DNA of 64,000 nucleotides. Source: an uncultured delta proteobacterium. Lineage in GTDB: Bacteria; Desulfobacterota; Syntrophobacteria; Syntrophobacterales; Syntrophobacteraceae. A program made the position numbers and the translations under genes. Under the pieces are notes generated by a model. The model was not told the DNA's origin, made no database searches, and saw only the letters and a list, made by a program, of their open reading frames with translations. Positions 32,451 to 44,163 of this stretch are shown here, piece after piece; the stretch's first letter is position 1, and each line of letters begins with the position of its first letter. The stretch covers positions 1 through 64,000 of the forward strand of contig CAWEHK010000025.1 of assembly GCA_963808625.1 (NCBI GenBank). Direction: 5' to 3'.

Positions 32451-34462
32451 ATGGGTACCACCGACTTGCGCGCGTTTTTTCATCCGTCAAGTATTGCGGT
32501 CATTGGGGCCTCGGAGAGTGCGGGGAAACTGGGCCATGAGATCCTCAAGAACCTCGTGGAAGGTGGTTTTCCAGGCGCTCTCTATCCGATCAATCCGAAG
32601 AGCGACCGGATTCTGGGCCTGACCTGTTTCAGGAATGTCAAGGATGTTCCGGAGAAGGTCGACCTGACCGTCCTGATCATTCCTGCCCGTCTCGTACCGC
32701 AGGCGCTTCAGGATTGTGGCGAAAAGGGGGTAAAGGGGGCGGTCATCATTTCGGGCGGGTTCAGCGAAGCAGGACCCGAAGGAGAAGAACTCCAGAAAGC
32801 GGCGGCAAGCGTTGCCGCCCGTTACGGAGTCCGGATCATCGGACCGAACTGCCAGGGCGTGAACAATCCCTACCATCCTCTGTGCGCCTCCTGGCCGCTC
32901 TTGACCCGCAAGGGAGCGGTCGCCGTGATCAGCCAGAGCGGCACCGTCGGCGCGGCCATGATGGACTGGTTTTCGCTCGAAGAGCTGGGGGTTTCCAGCT
33001 TTGTGAGCCTGGGTAATCGCGCCGATGTGGACGAAATCGACCTGATCCAATACTTCGAGAATGATCCCAACACCAGGGTCATTGCGGCCTATATCGAGGG
33101 TGTTAAAGAACCCGGACCGCTTCCGCAAGGTCCTGGAATCCCTGAGCAAGCCGTTGGTCGTGCTGAAGTCCGGGCGGACTCCGGGGGGGCGGGTCGCGGC
33201 CGAATCGCATACCAAGTCCCTGGCCGGGACCGATGCCATCTATACGTCACTCTTTCAGCACCACAAAGTATGCCGGGCGGAAACCATTGAAGAATTCTTC
33301 GACTTCGCGAAAGGCTTTGCCTACCTGGCGCCTCCCGCCGGGAACCGGATCGTTTTTATCACCACTTCCGGGGGCGCCGCCATTCTGGCCACCGACGCCG
33401 CCGAACAGGAAGGGTTGCAGGTCGCGCCGCTCCCGGCGGAACTCGCGGCAAAGATGGAAGGCGTCATTCCCGCGCACGCCATTCGTGCCAATCCTCTGGA
33501 TTTGACCGGTGACGCCAACGCCCGGATGTTTCAGTGAAGTCATCGAGCGGGCTCGTCCCTACTACGACACCCTGGGCGTCATCTTTGGCGATCCCATCCT
33601 GGATGCCTCGCAGGTCGTCACTCCCGGCGCCAACGAGCTCATCATCTATCTGGGCGGCGCCGAAGTGGAGCGATCCGAAAAACTGAAAATGCACCACCAG
33701 GGCATACCCGTTTTCCCGACTCCCGAGCGGGCCATTCGCACCCTGGCGCAGCTCCTTCCTGCCGAAAAGAAGGCCACACGGGCAAAACACACCTTCCCGG
33801 CCGCAACCGGGCGATCCCAGTTGGGTGTCTTCGACAGCCTCAACTTTATCAAATCCAAGGGCTTTGATTGCATCGTCAACCGATTCGCCGAAAGCCCGGG
33901 GAAGGCCGTTCACCATGCCCACCTGATCGGTTTTCCGATCTCGATGAAAATCGATTCGCCGGATATCCTGCACAAGTCGGACTGCGGGGGAGTGCGGCTC
34001 AATCTCCAGACCCCTCACGGCCTGCGGAGCGCCTACGACCGGATGATGGAGCAAGTCCGGGCGCACCACCCGAAGGCCCGCATCAACGGCGTGGTGGTGA
34101 GCGCCATGGCGGCCCCGGGAGTGGAAGTGATCCTCGGGATGAACCGTGATCCCCAGTTTGGACCCGTCATTCTGTTCGGGTTGGGCGGGATCGCCGTCGA
34201 GTTGTTCCGTGACATTTCGATGCGCTTGCTGCCCCTTGATCGCGCTGAAGCCGTGAACATGATCAATGAGATCAAGAGCGCCTCGTTGCTGAAAGGGTTC
34301 CGCGGTCAGCAGGCGGTCGACGAGAACGCTCTCGTGGATGGGCTGCTCAAGCTGGCCCAAATTGCCGAGGAACATGAGGACATTGCGGAAATCGATCTGA
34401 ACCCGGTATTTGCTTATCCGGAAGGGATTGTCGTGGTCGATGCCCGGATTCTAAGAGTTTAA
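32451..34462 (+). CDS. ADP-forming acyl-CoA synthetase family protein, fused domains (two frameshifts)
   Basis: IAVIGAS, IIGPNC, SQSG, AESHT, NPLDL, HKSDCGGV, EIDLNP. Confidence 0.9.
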
Positions 34463-34737
34463 TGGCTGTCCTAATTCCGCCCGTCATACCGGCGGAAGCC
34501 GGTATCCAGGAAGTTCTGCCCCACAATCAGGGTTTGATCGACGGCGATCAAGGGCCAGGTTGATTGAGAAATTGTCCAAAAACAACTTGCATTCATTTCA
34601 GCCCTTTTTCGAACCACAGAACACGAAGAGCACGAAGAAATCGACTTCGTGTTCTTCGTGGTGGAAGAAGGCCTTTTCTTTTTGGACGTCCTCATACGGC
34701 ATAGGGCTGGAAGGGCTGCCCCATGATCAAGGTTTGA

Positions 34738-35373
34738 TCAGAAGGCCAGCTTTTCGAGTTTCGCCAGGGCATCAATCGGTAAGGGGGAAGGAGGGGCGTT
34801 GCCGAGAAGGTGGGCAAAGAAGAGAATGCGTGCCGCGTGTTCCAGTTTTTCCAGGCGCAGGTAGGCTTCCGTCAGGTTCCTCCCAAGCGTCAGCGAGCCA
34901 TGCCGTTCGAGAAGGATGGCCTGGTGCTTTTCCAGGAAAGGGGCAAGGGCTTCAGGGACTTCCGCGGTGCACGGCGTCGCGTACGGAGCCGTGGGGACCG
35001 GGCCGAAGGTCAACCACACTTCCGGCAAGGCGTCCGCCACAAAGGGGATGCCCGCCAGCGTGAAGGCCGTCAGCATGGGCGGGTGCGCGTGCACGATGGC
35101 CGCAACATCGGCGCGCCGACGATACACTTCAAGATGCATGCGGATCTCACTGGACGGTTTCTCCCTCCCCGCGAGAACTTCGCCGTCAAGATCGAGAAGC
35201 AGAAGATCAACGGGTTTGAGTCCGCCTTTGGGTTTCCCACTGGGCGTAACGAGCAATCTGCCTTCACCAACCCTGCAGCTGACATTGCCGTCGGTTGCCG
35301 CGATCAAATCCTTTTCCGCAAGCTTCCGGCAGACTGCGATCACTTCCACCCGGGCACTGTTCTCTTCCTTCAT
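34738..35373 (-). CDS. Class II aldolase/adducin family protein
   Basis: DGNVS, TPSG, PSSE..MH, HAHP, HG. Confidence 0.92.
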   Translation of the reverse strand: MKEENSARVEVIAVCRKLAEKDLIAATDGNVSCRVGEGRLLVTPSGKPKGGLKPVDLLLLDLDGEVLAGREKPSSEIRMHLEVYRRRADVAAIVHAHPPMLTAFTLAGIPFVADALPEVWLTFGPVPTAPYATPCTAEVPEALAPFLEKHQAILLERHGSLTLGRNLTEAYLRLEKLEHAARILFFAHLLGNAPPSPLPIDALAKLEKLAF

Positions 35374-35633
35374 GGAATCTCTCCCTGTGAGTATTCACCG
35401 TTCCAGGCATTTTCCTGAATCATGGTGCGTGCTTTGCGTTTTTGGCCGGGATCTGTTACAAGTTATACCCGTGACGTGAAGGTTGAAATTCTTATCTCTT
35501 AGCCCAGAGACCACGGAGGACGCCAGAGAATGCTTCTTGTTGCCGGTCTTTCTCTGCGCTCTTTGCGCCTCTGCGGTGAGTATTCAGGTCCCTCAAAGTG
35601 AAGGATCTCATTCAGAGAGGAAATGCATTATCC

Positions 35634-36791
35634 ATGATCAAATGGTTCAAACGCAAGCAAAAGGCTACCCCTGAAGCCACCGCAGAAATACCTCAAATGG
35701 TTGTGCCGGCATCTGAATTCGTTGCCGACGAGGTCCCGGAAGATGAGACCGTCGTTTCCGAAAAAGACCTGAGAGAAACCGTTCCGGATGCTGCCGAAGA
35801 GGCTGAGGTATCCCCGGATGCCGGCACTCCGCCGACTGAGACGGAGGAGGAAGAACCTCAACTTGACTCTGGTCGCGAAAAGGGGCGATTCTTCAAGCGC
35901 TTGCGGGAGCGTCTCCAGAAGACTCGCGAACAGTTGAGCAACCGCGTTGATCGGCTCGTCCTCGGGAAAAAGACCATCGACCTCGACCTGCTGGACGAAC
36001 TCGAGGAGGTGCTGATTACCTCCGATCTCGGCGTCCGCACCGCTCAGGTGCTCCTGCAAAAAGTGACGGAAAAGATCAAACGGGATGAGCTCAAAGATCC
36101 GGCAAAGCTCAGGGACCAGTTGCGCGAGGAGATTCAAACCCTGCTCTCGGTGCCTGCGGAACCTTTTAATTTCCAGGCCGGTCGTCCCTTCGTCATCATG
36201 GTCATCGGCGTAAACGGGGTGGGAAAGACCACGACCATTGGCAAGCTTGCTCATCAGCTCAAACAGGAAGGCTTAAAAGTGATGCTGGTCGCTGCGGATA
36301 CCTTCCGGGCCGCGGCCATCGAGCAACTCACGCTTTGGGCGGAACGGGTGGACGTCCCGATCGTTCGCCAGAAGAGCGGGTCCGATCCATCCGCTGTCGC
36401 CTTTGATGCCATCGAGGCCGCAATCGCGCGGGATATGGATGTGGTCATATTGGACACGGCGGGGCGGATGCATACCAAGGTCAACCTCATGGAGGAGCTC
36501 AAGAAAGTTCAGCGGGTGCTCAACAAGAAAATTCCTGCCGCACCCCACGAAGTCCTGCTGGTTCTCGACGCCTCGACCGGCCAGAATGCACTGTCTCAAG
36601 CCCGGCTCTTCAAGGAAAGCATCGGGGTAACCGGCCTGGTCCTGACCAAACTGGACGGGACGGCCAAGGGCGGGATTGTTGCTGCCATTTGTGACGAACT
36701 GAAACTGCCTGTGCGCTACATCGGTATCGGCGAAACTCTGGAAGACCTGCGACCCTTCAATCCCGAAGAATTCACCATGGCGCTCTTTTGA
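35634..36791 (+). CDS. ftsY: Signal recognition particle receptor FtsY
   Basis: Acidic N-domain, [31 protein letters not shown]. Confidence 0.98.
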   Translation: MIKWFKRKQKATPEATAEIPQMVVPASEFVADEVPEDETVVSEKDLRETVPDAAEEAEVSPDAGTPPTETEEEEPQLDSGREKGRFFKRLRERLQKTREQLSNRVDRLVLGKKTIDLDLLDELEEVLITSDLGVRTAQVLLQKVTEKIKRDELKDPAKLRDQLREEIQTLLSVPAEPFNFQAGRPFVIMVIGVNGVGKTTTIGKLAHQLKQEGLKVMLVAADTFRAAAIEQLTLWAERVDVPIVRQKSGSDPSAVAFDAIEAAIARDMDVVILDTAGRMHTKVNLMEELKKVQRVLNKKIPAAPHEVLLVLDASTGQNALSQARLFKESIGVTGLVLTKLDGTAKGGIVAAICDELKLPVRYIGIGETLEDLRPFNPEEFTMALF

Positions 36792-37170
36792 CAGCGGCTG
36801 CAGCGCAGCCTCAGCCACTAACCACAACCACAAAAGATTCACCGCAGAGACGCAGAGGACGCAGAGAAAACAATAAGTTAGGAAAAAATCCTGACAAGAT
36901 TTCAAGAATTCGCAGGATCACAGTGCAGAGAGAATCAATTGGTTTTCTCCGCGCTCTCTGCGCCTTTGCGGTGAGTCATTGGGCACGAGCTGGCTGGCAT
37001 TTGCGCGGAAATAGCGTCGCGAAGTCGTCTGGGTAATTGTCATTCCGGGGCGGTAGCCTTTAACGATGAAAATGACCCAGGATCGCATGCTGTTACTCAG
37101 CACCCAGCACTCAGCACTCAGCACTCAGCACTCAGCACTATTCTCTATGTAAAGCTTTATGGAGGCGAAG

Positions 37171-38349
37171 ATGGAAGGGGCATTGGCAGGTGTCAAGAGT
37201 ATTGGATTTGTCGCGTCTTCTTCCCGGTCCCTTTTGCTCGATGCTCCTTGCTGACATGGGGGCGGACGTGATCAAGGTTGAAGACCCCGACGGGGGCGAC
37301 TACATCCGCTCGTGGCCGCCCCTCATCGGGAAGAACAGCGGTTTTCATGTCGTCCTCAACCGGAACAAGCGATCCCTCACCCTCAATCTGAAGCTCACCG
37401 AGGGGAAAAGCCTTTTTCAGCGGCTCGTCAAAGGGGCCGACGTCGTCCTTGAGAGCTTCCGACCGGGGGTCATGGCACGGCTGGGTCTGGGTTACGAAAC
37501 CTTGAAAGCCATCAATCCACGCCTCGTCTACTGCACGATCACCGGGTACGGGTGCGACGGGCAGCGATCCCGGAAAGCCGGCCACGACCTCAACTTCCTC
37601 GCCCTCAATGGCGTGCTGTCTTACAGTGGAAGGGACGGCCAACCCACGCTCACCGCCGTGCAAATCGCCGACCTGGGAGGCGGGGCCCTGTACGCGGCTT
37701 TCAGTATCGTGACCGCCCTGCTGGCCCGCGAACGCCTGGGCGAGGGACAGTTCATCGATGTTCCCCTGATGGATAGCTCACTTACCTGGAATTGTCTGAG
37801 GTGGGGGAAATATCTCGGTGATGGAAAAATCCCCTATCCCGGCGACGATCTCCTCAATCATGGATTTGCCTGCTACAACCTTTATGAAACCCGGGATGGC
37901 CGCTATATGAGCCTGGGCGCTCTCGAACCTCAATTCTGGAAGGCTTTTTGTAAAGCTGCTGGGCATCCCGAGTGGAACCAACCGAACTACTTCGAGCCGG
38001 GACCTCACCAGCAAGTATTGCAACAAGAAGTTGCCTCGTTCTTCAGGCAAAGAACCCTGGCGGAATGGGTGGACCATTTTGAAGGCATTGATTGCTGCTG
38101 CGAGCCGATACTGAATTTGGCGGAAGTGATGGATGACCCTGACATGCGGGCTCGGCAGATGGTCGTCGAGATGGTGCATGAAAGCTGGGGGGCCTATCGA
38201 CAGATGGGAATCGCTCCCAAGTTTTCTTTGACTCCCGGAGCTCTCAGGACTCACGCCCCGGAGCTGGGAGAGCACACCCATGCCATCTTAGCGGAATGGG
38301 GGTGTCGCCGGTCGAAATTGAGGCCTTGCAGATTGAGGGCGCGATTTGA
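37171..38349 (+). CDS. CaiB/BaiF family CoA-transferase (frameshifts at both ends)
   Basis: DLSRLLPGP, NRNKRS, FRPGVM, GHD, APELGEHT. Confidence 0.9.
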
Positions 38350-38378
38350 GGCTGTTGTTGAGTTATGCTGTTGTAGAG

Positions 38379-38627
38379 TTATTTCGAATGACCCGGCAAC
38401 TCGATGGTGGTGCAGCTTTTTCCAGGCCCACAGGTCTTGCTGGTCACGCTTGGCGAAGCATCATTGCCGCCGGAGGAACCCATAGCGTAGCTCACCCGGC
38501 TGAGGACCCGTTCGAGCTCCTCTCCCTGGCAGGCTCCGCATTTCATTTCAATCTGCTCAGCGGCGTTGGTGAGCAGAAATTCCTGGAGGTTTCCACATTG
38601 GGTGCATCGAAACTCGTAAATGGGCAT
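38379..38627 (-). CDS. FmdB-family zinc-ribbon protein
   Basis: MPIYEFRCTQCG...CGAC. Confidence 0.85.
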   Translation of the reverse strand: MPIYEFRCTQCGNLQEFLLTNAAEQIEMKCGACQGEELERVLSRVSYAMGSSGGNDASPSVTSKTCGPGKSCTTIELPGHSK

Positions 38628-38779
38628 TATTTCTCCTTGTCGTTTGGCACCGATTCATGTTCATGAGGCACGCGGGGATTTTTAACCAATGACTCAAAGG
38701 CTGTCAATTGCCGAGTCCGGCAAACGGCTGCTGAGCTCAGCTTTTTGGTGAAGAATGAGAGAGAGGTTCGAGACCAGAG

Positions 38780-39379
38780 ATGGACCACATCAACAGCACC
38801 ACCCCGGTTTGTGTCCAGTGCGGCGAATGCTGCCGCAAAGGGAGCCCCACGCTGCATCTTGAGGATCTTGAACTGCTGCGGGAAGGAAAGATTCCCTGGC
38901 GGCAACTGGTCACCCTGAGGGCCGGCGAGCCGGCCTATTCACCCTTTGACGAGAAGCCCTTCCAGCTCCCTTCCGAATGCATCAAAATTCGGGAAGAGCC
39001 CGGAGCAAACCGCTGTGTCTTTCTCGACGACCAGACCACCCAATGCCGGATCTACAGAGATCGGCCGGTGCAGTGCCGAGCCCAGACCTGCTGGGACCCG
39101 ACGCCGGCCAGGCAGTTGTCCAAGCTGCCCCATCTTACCCGTCGGGACATCTTTGGTGACGTTGAGCTGCTGGGCGAGATCCTGGCCGAGCACGATCAGC
39201 GATGCTCCTTCAAAAAACTGAGCGAAGTCTTCACCCGCTTGACTGAGGGCGAAGGTGCAGCGGTCGATGCCGCCCTCGAGCTCCTTGCCTACGAAGATCA
39301 TTTTCGCCATTTCTTTGCGGAACGTTTGAAGGTCCCCGAGGACAACTCTCGATCTCGTTTTCGGAAGGAGTTTTGTTGA
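38780..39379 (+). CDS. YkgJ-family Cys-cluster protein (3' end uncertain, probable frameshift)
   Basis: CVQCGECC, CVFL, CRIY..RP..CR. Confidence 0.8.
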   Translation: MDHINSTTPVCVQCGECCRKGSPTLHLEDLELLREGKIPWRQLVTLRAGEPAYSPFDEKPFQLPSECIKIREEPGANRCVFLDDQTTQCRIYRDRPVQCRAQTCWDPTPARQLSKLPHLTRRDIFGDVELLGEILAEHDQRCSFKKLSEVFTRLTEGEGAAVDAALELLAYEDHFRHFFAERLKVPEDNSRSRFRKEFC

Positions 39380-39891
39380 GCTGGTACCGCTCTTCGGCTT
39401 CCGTGTGGTGACCGAACCCGACGGCAGTCGCTGCCTGATCCTCAGAGACTGCCTGAGATCAATTCATCATCTTCAGAGCTGCACTGAATACACGGAAGTT
39501 ACCAGAGATACTAGAGCTTGGGAAGCGGATTGTTGCGATTTTTCCAGTTTCTATCGTGGTTTTAATCGGGTGCAAAACTGAGAGCCGGTTACTTTTGAAC
39601 AGCGCCTTAGTGCAGCACAGCTGGTAAAGTGTCCAGTACCACCCGGTCGTCATTCCCGCATGCTGCGAGCTGGGAACCGGAATGCACGCCTGGATGCCCG
39701 CGAAACGCGCGGGAATGACGAGTGGCAATCGAGACGCATTTATGCAGGGCGGTACTTGGAAGCGGGCTGAAGCTGGATCTCTGAGTCTTTCAAGTTCCTC
39801 ATCAGTGATCACTCCCTGCGGTCCTGCGGCCAAATTTTTGACTCCCTGTCCACTGACCACTTTCTACTCACTACTTCCTACTGCTCACTGC

Positions 39892-40793
39892 TTACTCCGA
39901 CTCCCTACTCCCTACTTCTACTGCTTCTACTCTCTCACTCTCTACTCCCCTGCCTCTGATCCAGGTCCCCGTCTGGGTATAGCGCTGAGTGACGGCCTTG
40001 AGCTCTTTGCGCCGTTCCAGGAACTTCTCCTTCATCCCCTGCAGCCACCGGGCATGGCGTTCAACACCCTGGTAGCTTAAGAACAGGGGATGGTCACCAG
40101 GTGCCGTGTGAACCTCGAGGCCTTCCTCCGCGCACCGGTAATGACCCGAACTGCTGCAAAGCATGCATCGAAGCCGGCCGTCGCCCAGGAAACGAAAGGT
40201 ATCTCCCCCACAGAGGGGACAGTGCGGAATTGTCCGATCAACCGCCGCGTCCTTCTCCTGGAGTACTTTTGCCAGACGCTGAGCCGCGGCGGCCCCGTCA
40301 CCTTCAAGGAAAATCTCACCGGGAAGAGCGCCATAGACGACGGCGGTGCCCCTAGATCCCCGAAAGTAAGTTTGACAAAGCTTTCCACAGCAAGCTTGGT
40401 ATACCCTTCCATGCCCGTGATGCCGGCAATGGCAACCCCCACCGCGGGCTTCCCCCAGAGCCTGTCGAGATGAGCATAGAAGGCGAGCCCCCGGTCCAGA
40501 AAGCGCTTGAGACTGGCGTTTGGCCCCAGCAGGTACGTCGGCGCAGCAACCACATAGGCATCGGACTCGATGAGGGCCTGCAGGACCACCGCAAAGTCGT
40601 CATCCTGGCGGCACTGCATTTCTCCAAAAAGACACTGGTAGCAGGCCCGGCACGGTCGAATATCCAACTCGGGAAGCCGCACGAGGGTGAGCCTCCACTC
40701 GCCCGTGAGCTGCCGGTAAAGCTCCTTGATAAAGAGTTCCGAGTTGCCGAATTTGCGGGGGGAGCAGACGATGCCTAAGAGGTCCTTCACCAT
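39892..40793 (-). CDS. Flavodoxin-like / iron-sulfur flavoprotein family protein (frameshifted)
   Basis: SPRKFGNS, CRACYQC...C, APTY. Confidence 0.82.
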
Positions 40794-41104
40794 ATCTACA
40801 ACACTCCATGCAAGCTATTACCAGGAAAAATTTCCTCGCCTTAGAAGGTGTCCAAAAAGACGAAAAAAGTGCCGTTACAACGATTTCCGCGATGCTCGCC
40901 AGAACGCTGGGGAAAATGCCCAGATCTGTCATTCCCGCAGGCCTTAAGCGGGAATCCAGGCGCCGATTGCTCCCCGGCCCCTCGCCAAAGCTTGTCCCCC
41001 GAAGGTTTTAGGCGGGGAGCACGCGGGGGTGACGAGCCGAGGACGTTCTTGGAGAGTTCTTAAGCGTGAATCCCGGAGGCGCGCCGCCGTGTCGAACGAT
41101 GCAC

Positions 41105-41140
41105 AAAAAAAAACTAACCGGCGGGGCTAGGACCGGTTAG
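41105..41140 (-). terminator. Rho-independent terminator
   Basis: Minus strand CTAACCGG-11 nt-CCGGTTAG followed by T9. Confidence 0.85.
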
Positions 41141-41175
41141 CTTTTGAGGAGGAAAGAGTTGGTTTCTCTTGTCGC
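41105..41175 (-). ncRNA. Candidate ~70-nt sigma54-dependent small RNA
   Basis: Sits between a perfect -24/-12 promoter and an intrinsic terminator with no ORF; 5' hairpin AAGAG/CTCTT followed by TCCTCCTC. Confidence 0.6.
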
Positions 41176-41185
41176 GTTATGATTA

Positions 41186-41201
41186 AGCAAGAACGATGCC
41201 A
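41186..41201 (-). promoter_or_regulatory. Sigma54 (-24/-12) promoter
   Basis: Minus strand TGGCATCGTTCTTGCT; GG-N10-GC spacing exact. Confidence 0.75.
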
Positions 41202-41372
41202 TGTCATCACCAACTTCCCAATTTTCTCTTCGACGCGCATTACTCAACACTCCCACGGGTAACTGCCGGTTACAACCCAAAACCCTAAATCCCGCCTTTT
41301 TGAACTATTCCCGCCACAATCCCGCCATATCCCGCCATGCCCGCTGAGCTATCCGGCTAATCTGTCTGGTTT

Positions 41373-42621
41373 CTACAGGTGCCGGCCGCCATCAGTTCCC
41401 TGAAAGAACGCCCCGTATTGCGCAGCAATAATCCGCCAGTCATATCTTGTCTTTACAAAATCCCTGCCAGCCTTCCCCAAGGACAAACGAATTGCCGGAT
41501 CGTCGAGCAGGTCGATGATTTTTTCGGCCAGCGCGCCGGAGTCCTTTGCGGGGACGATGAGACCGGTTTTACCGTCCACAATGATATCACGCATGGCGGG
41601 AAGGTCCGTAGCGATGACTGCACATTCGCACCCCATGGCCTCGACCAGAACCAGACCGAAGCCTTCCTGATCGCCATCCCGGCCAACAATGGAAGGAAAG
41701 ACCACAATCTCGGCTGCCTGGTACAGTGCAGGAATGTCCGTGTTCGGAACGGCGCCAAGAAATCGAACATGCCGTTCCAGGCCAAGCGCAGCGACAAGCC
41801 GGCGAACGGCTTCCTCTTCGGGCCCACTTCCGGCAATGGTCAGGCTGGCCGCCGGGTGTTTTTCCAGAACCATCGGCATGGCCCTGATAAGGTAGGGCAG
41901 CCCTTTCTTTTCGACCAGTCTTCCCACAAACAGCAAAGACTGCTTCCGCCGCCTGCCTGATTGCGCGAGAAATCGCCCTTCCAGATCGACCCCCATAGGG
42001 ATGACACGGATCTTGTCACCATCAGCACCCATGGCAATCAACCGCTCCCGCATCACTCGGCTCACCACCGTAAGACCGCTGCAGGACGCGACGATAAAGC
42101 CGCTTGAGGCCCTCCCAGATCGACCCTCTGAGGGCAAACAGGTCAGCGCCATGGGAGGTACAAAGGACGGGCGCCGAAACGCGAGCGATCCTGACCGCAA
42201 GGACCGCCGCCAGACCCTGAGGAACCAGCCAGTGCGCATGAATAAGGTCGAATTTTTGCCGGCGGAGCATGAGTACAAGGCTGACCAACTGAGCGCAAAG
42301 AAAGAAGGGCACCAGGCCATAGCACCAGGGTTGTCGCCTCAGATTGGCGAGAATTCCTCCTCCCCCCTGTTCGCTGCCGTAGGCCAGCACCTCGCCTTTC
42401 TCCCAAAAGTACCGGAAGCGATGAACCGCCAGCCCGTTGAGCTCTTCCTTCGCTTTTGCACCCGGCGCATGAGGTGAAAGAACGTGTATCCGGAAGGCAC
42501 CGCGGAGCCGGCAACAGAGTTCAAATACAAAAGGAGGGTCTCGGTCATTATGCCACCTGGGAAAGGTGGACGTCAGGACCAGGACGCTTTTGATAGAAGA
42601 AGACGAGGGCTGCGAATTCAT
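41373..42621 (-). CDS. GT4 glycosyltransferase (frameshifted)
   Basis: LTSTFPRW, HAHWLVPQG, VGRLVEKKG, EGFGLVLVEA. Confidence 0.92.
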
Positions 42622-42680
42622 GGAGGTTGCCGGCACCAGCATTGGAAATGGATGATAAAACCGGATGACCGGACCGCTTG

Positions 42681-43541
42681 TCAGCCACCTTTTTCGATGC
42701 GGTCATACCGCAGTTGGGTGATCTGTTCACTGACCAGTCCGATCATGAAAATAATCACGGAACTGATCAGGAGCAGCGCCGACATATTCGTAAAGCGGCC
42801 GGCGGTAAAGTAGGTGAAAGCGTAATTGACGAGCCCCGAAAGGAGAAAGAGAACGCTGACGGGAAGAAAGATGCGAAGAGGGGAAAAAAAAGTGATGATT
42901 TTAATAAGGATTAAGAAGAACTTGCCGCCATCTCCAAAAATTCTGATTTTGCTCTTCCCTTCCCCTCGCTTCCTGGCTTGAATGGGAGCATAAAGGACGG
43001 TGCGGCCACTCCGCAGATAAGCCAGCGTCAAGGTCGTCGGGTAAGAGAAAGAATTCGGAAGAAGATAAAGATAACGGGTTACGGTCTCTCTTTCCACCAC
43101 CCTGAACCCCGACGTCAGGTCCTCGATGGGGAACTTGGTCGCGTACCGGGCAATCAAATTATAGACTTGATTCGCCGCAAACCGAAACCGGTTAGCGTGG
43201 CCTCCGGGGTCGCGCGCGCCCACAACCATGTCGTAGGTCTCGGCAGCTTCAAGGAGCTTCGGTATGTCCTTCGGATCATGCTGCCCGTCGCCGTCCATGA
43301 GGACAATTTTACTCCCTGACGCAAGGCGAATGCCGGTCTTCACGGCAGCGCCATTGCCGATGTTATAGGGATGACTCCAGACGTAAGCCCCAGCCTCACG
43401 TGCCACCGCTCCACTGCCGTCCGTGGAGCCATCGTCAACCACCAGGATTTCCGCATCGGGGAGGTATTTGCGAATGTTGCGAACGGTTTCTCCAATCGCT
43501 TGCGCTTCGTTATAAACGGGAATCACGACCGAAATTTTCAT
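42681..43541 (-). CDS. GT2 glycosyltransferase
   Basis: SVVIPVYNE, VDDGSTD, DGDGQH, two C-terminal TM helices. Confidence 0.94.
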   Translation of the reverse strand: MKISVVIPVYNEAQAIGETVRNIRKYLPDAEILVVDDGSTDGSGAVAREAGAYVWSHPYNIGNGAAVKTGIRLASGSKIVLMDGDGQHDPKDIPKLLEAAETYDMVVGARDPGGHANRFRFAANQVYNLIARYATKFPIEDLTSGFRVVERETVTRYLYLLPNSFSYPTTLTLAYLRSGRTVLYAPIQARKRGEGKSKIRIFGDGGKFFLILIKIITFFSPLRIFLPVSVLFLLSGLVNYAFTYFTAGRFTNMSALLLISSVIIFMIGLVSEQITQLRYDRIEKGG

Positions 43542-43711
43542 ACCCAAAAGCTCACCGGAAAAGGTTGAAAAGACCCGAAGGAACAGGTGGAGCGGTTACA
43601 GCCAACTGACCGGACCCCATCCTCAAGCAGGCTGTGAGCTTATGCCCTCAGCAGCGAAAAAGCAAGGAACAAGTAGTAGTCGAGGAGACGAAAGCGGGGC
43701 CCCAACGCTTA

Positions 43712-44163
43712 GGGGGCGTCCAAAAATAAAAGGCCTTCTTTTGCCACGAAGAACACGAAGGACAGGAAGTGAATTCTTCGTGCTCTTCGCGGTTTGAAAA
43801 AGGGCTGAAATGAGTGCAAGTTGTTTTTGGAAAGTGTCTCAGTACTACAACGGTACTTTGAGGAAGGCTCAAACTGCGTGGGGCAGGCTTTCCAGCCTGC
43901 CATGCCCAACTGGCCAAAAGGCAGGCTGGAAAGCCTGCCCCACAAATCAAGGCTGCCTGCGGAAACCTCGTTGTAATGTTAGTACAGCTCCGCATAAATG
44001 AGTGTCCGAATTCGAGTCGTCATTCCCGCGCGCTTCTGGCGGGAATCCAGGCCCTGCAAATTCTCTGGATCCCCGCTAAGGCTTGTCCCCGCAGGCCATA
44101 GGCGGGGAGCATGCGGGAATGACGTCCTGAGATTAAGGTCACTTTATTCTGTGGAGCTGTACT
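43712..44163. mobile_element. Stack of three adjacent MITE-like elements
   Basis: 43712..43838, 43841..43980 and 43981..44163, each with its own terminal inverted repeats and a different internal palindrome. Confidence 0.7.
43878..43943. repeat. GTGGGGCAGGCTTTCCAGCCTGC REP doublet family (also 5341..5397, 11322..11376)
   Basis: GTGG/GTAG-headed palindromes in inverted pairs. Confidence 0.85.

Noticed and set aside
22788..36973. CGCAGAG and CACGAAG repeats as CRISPR arrays
   Set aside because: They are inverted hairpins without regularly spaced unique spacers
40810..40825. Possible sigma54 promoter TGGTAATAGCTTGCA upstream of the flavodoxin-like gene
   Set aside because: GG-GC spacing is one base short of the strict requirement
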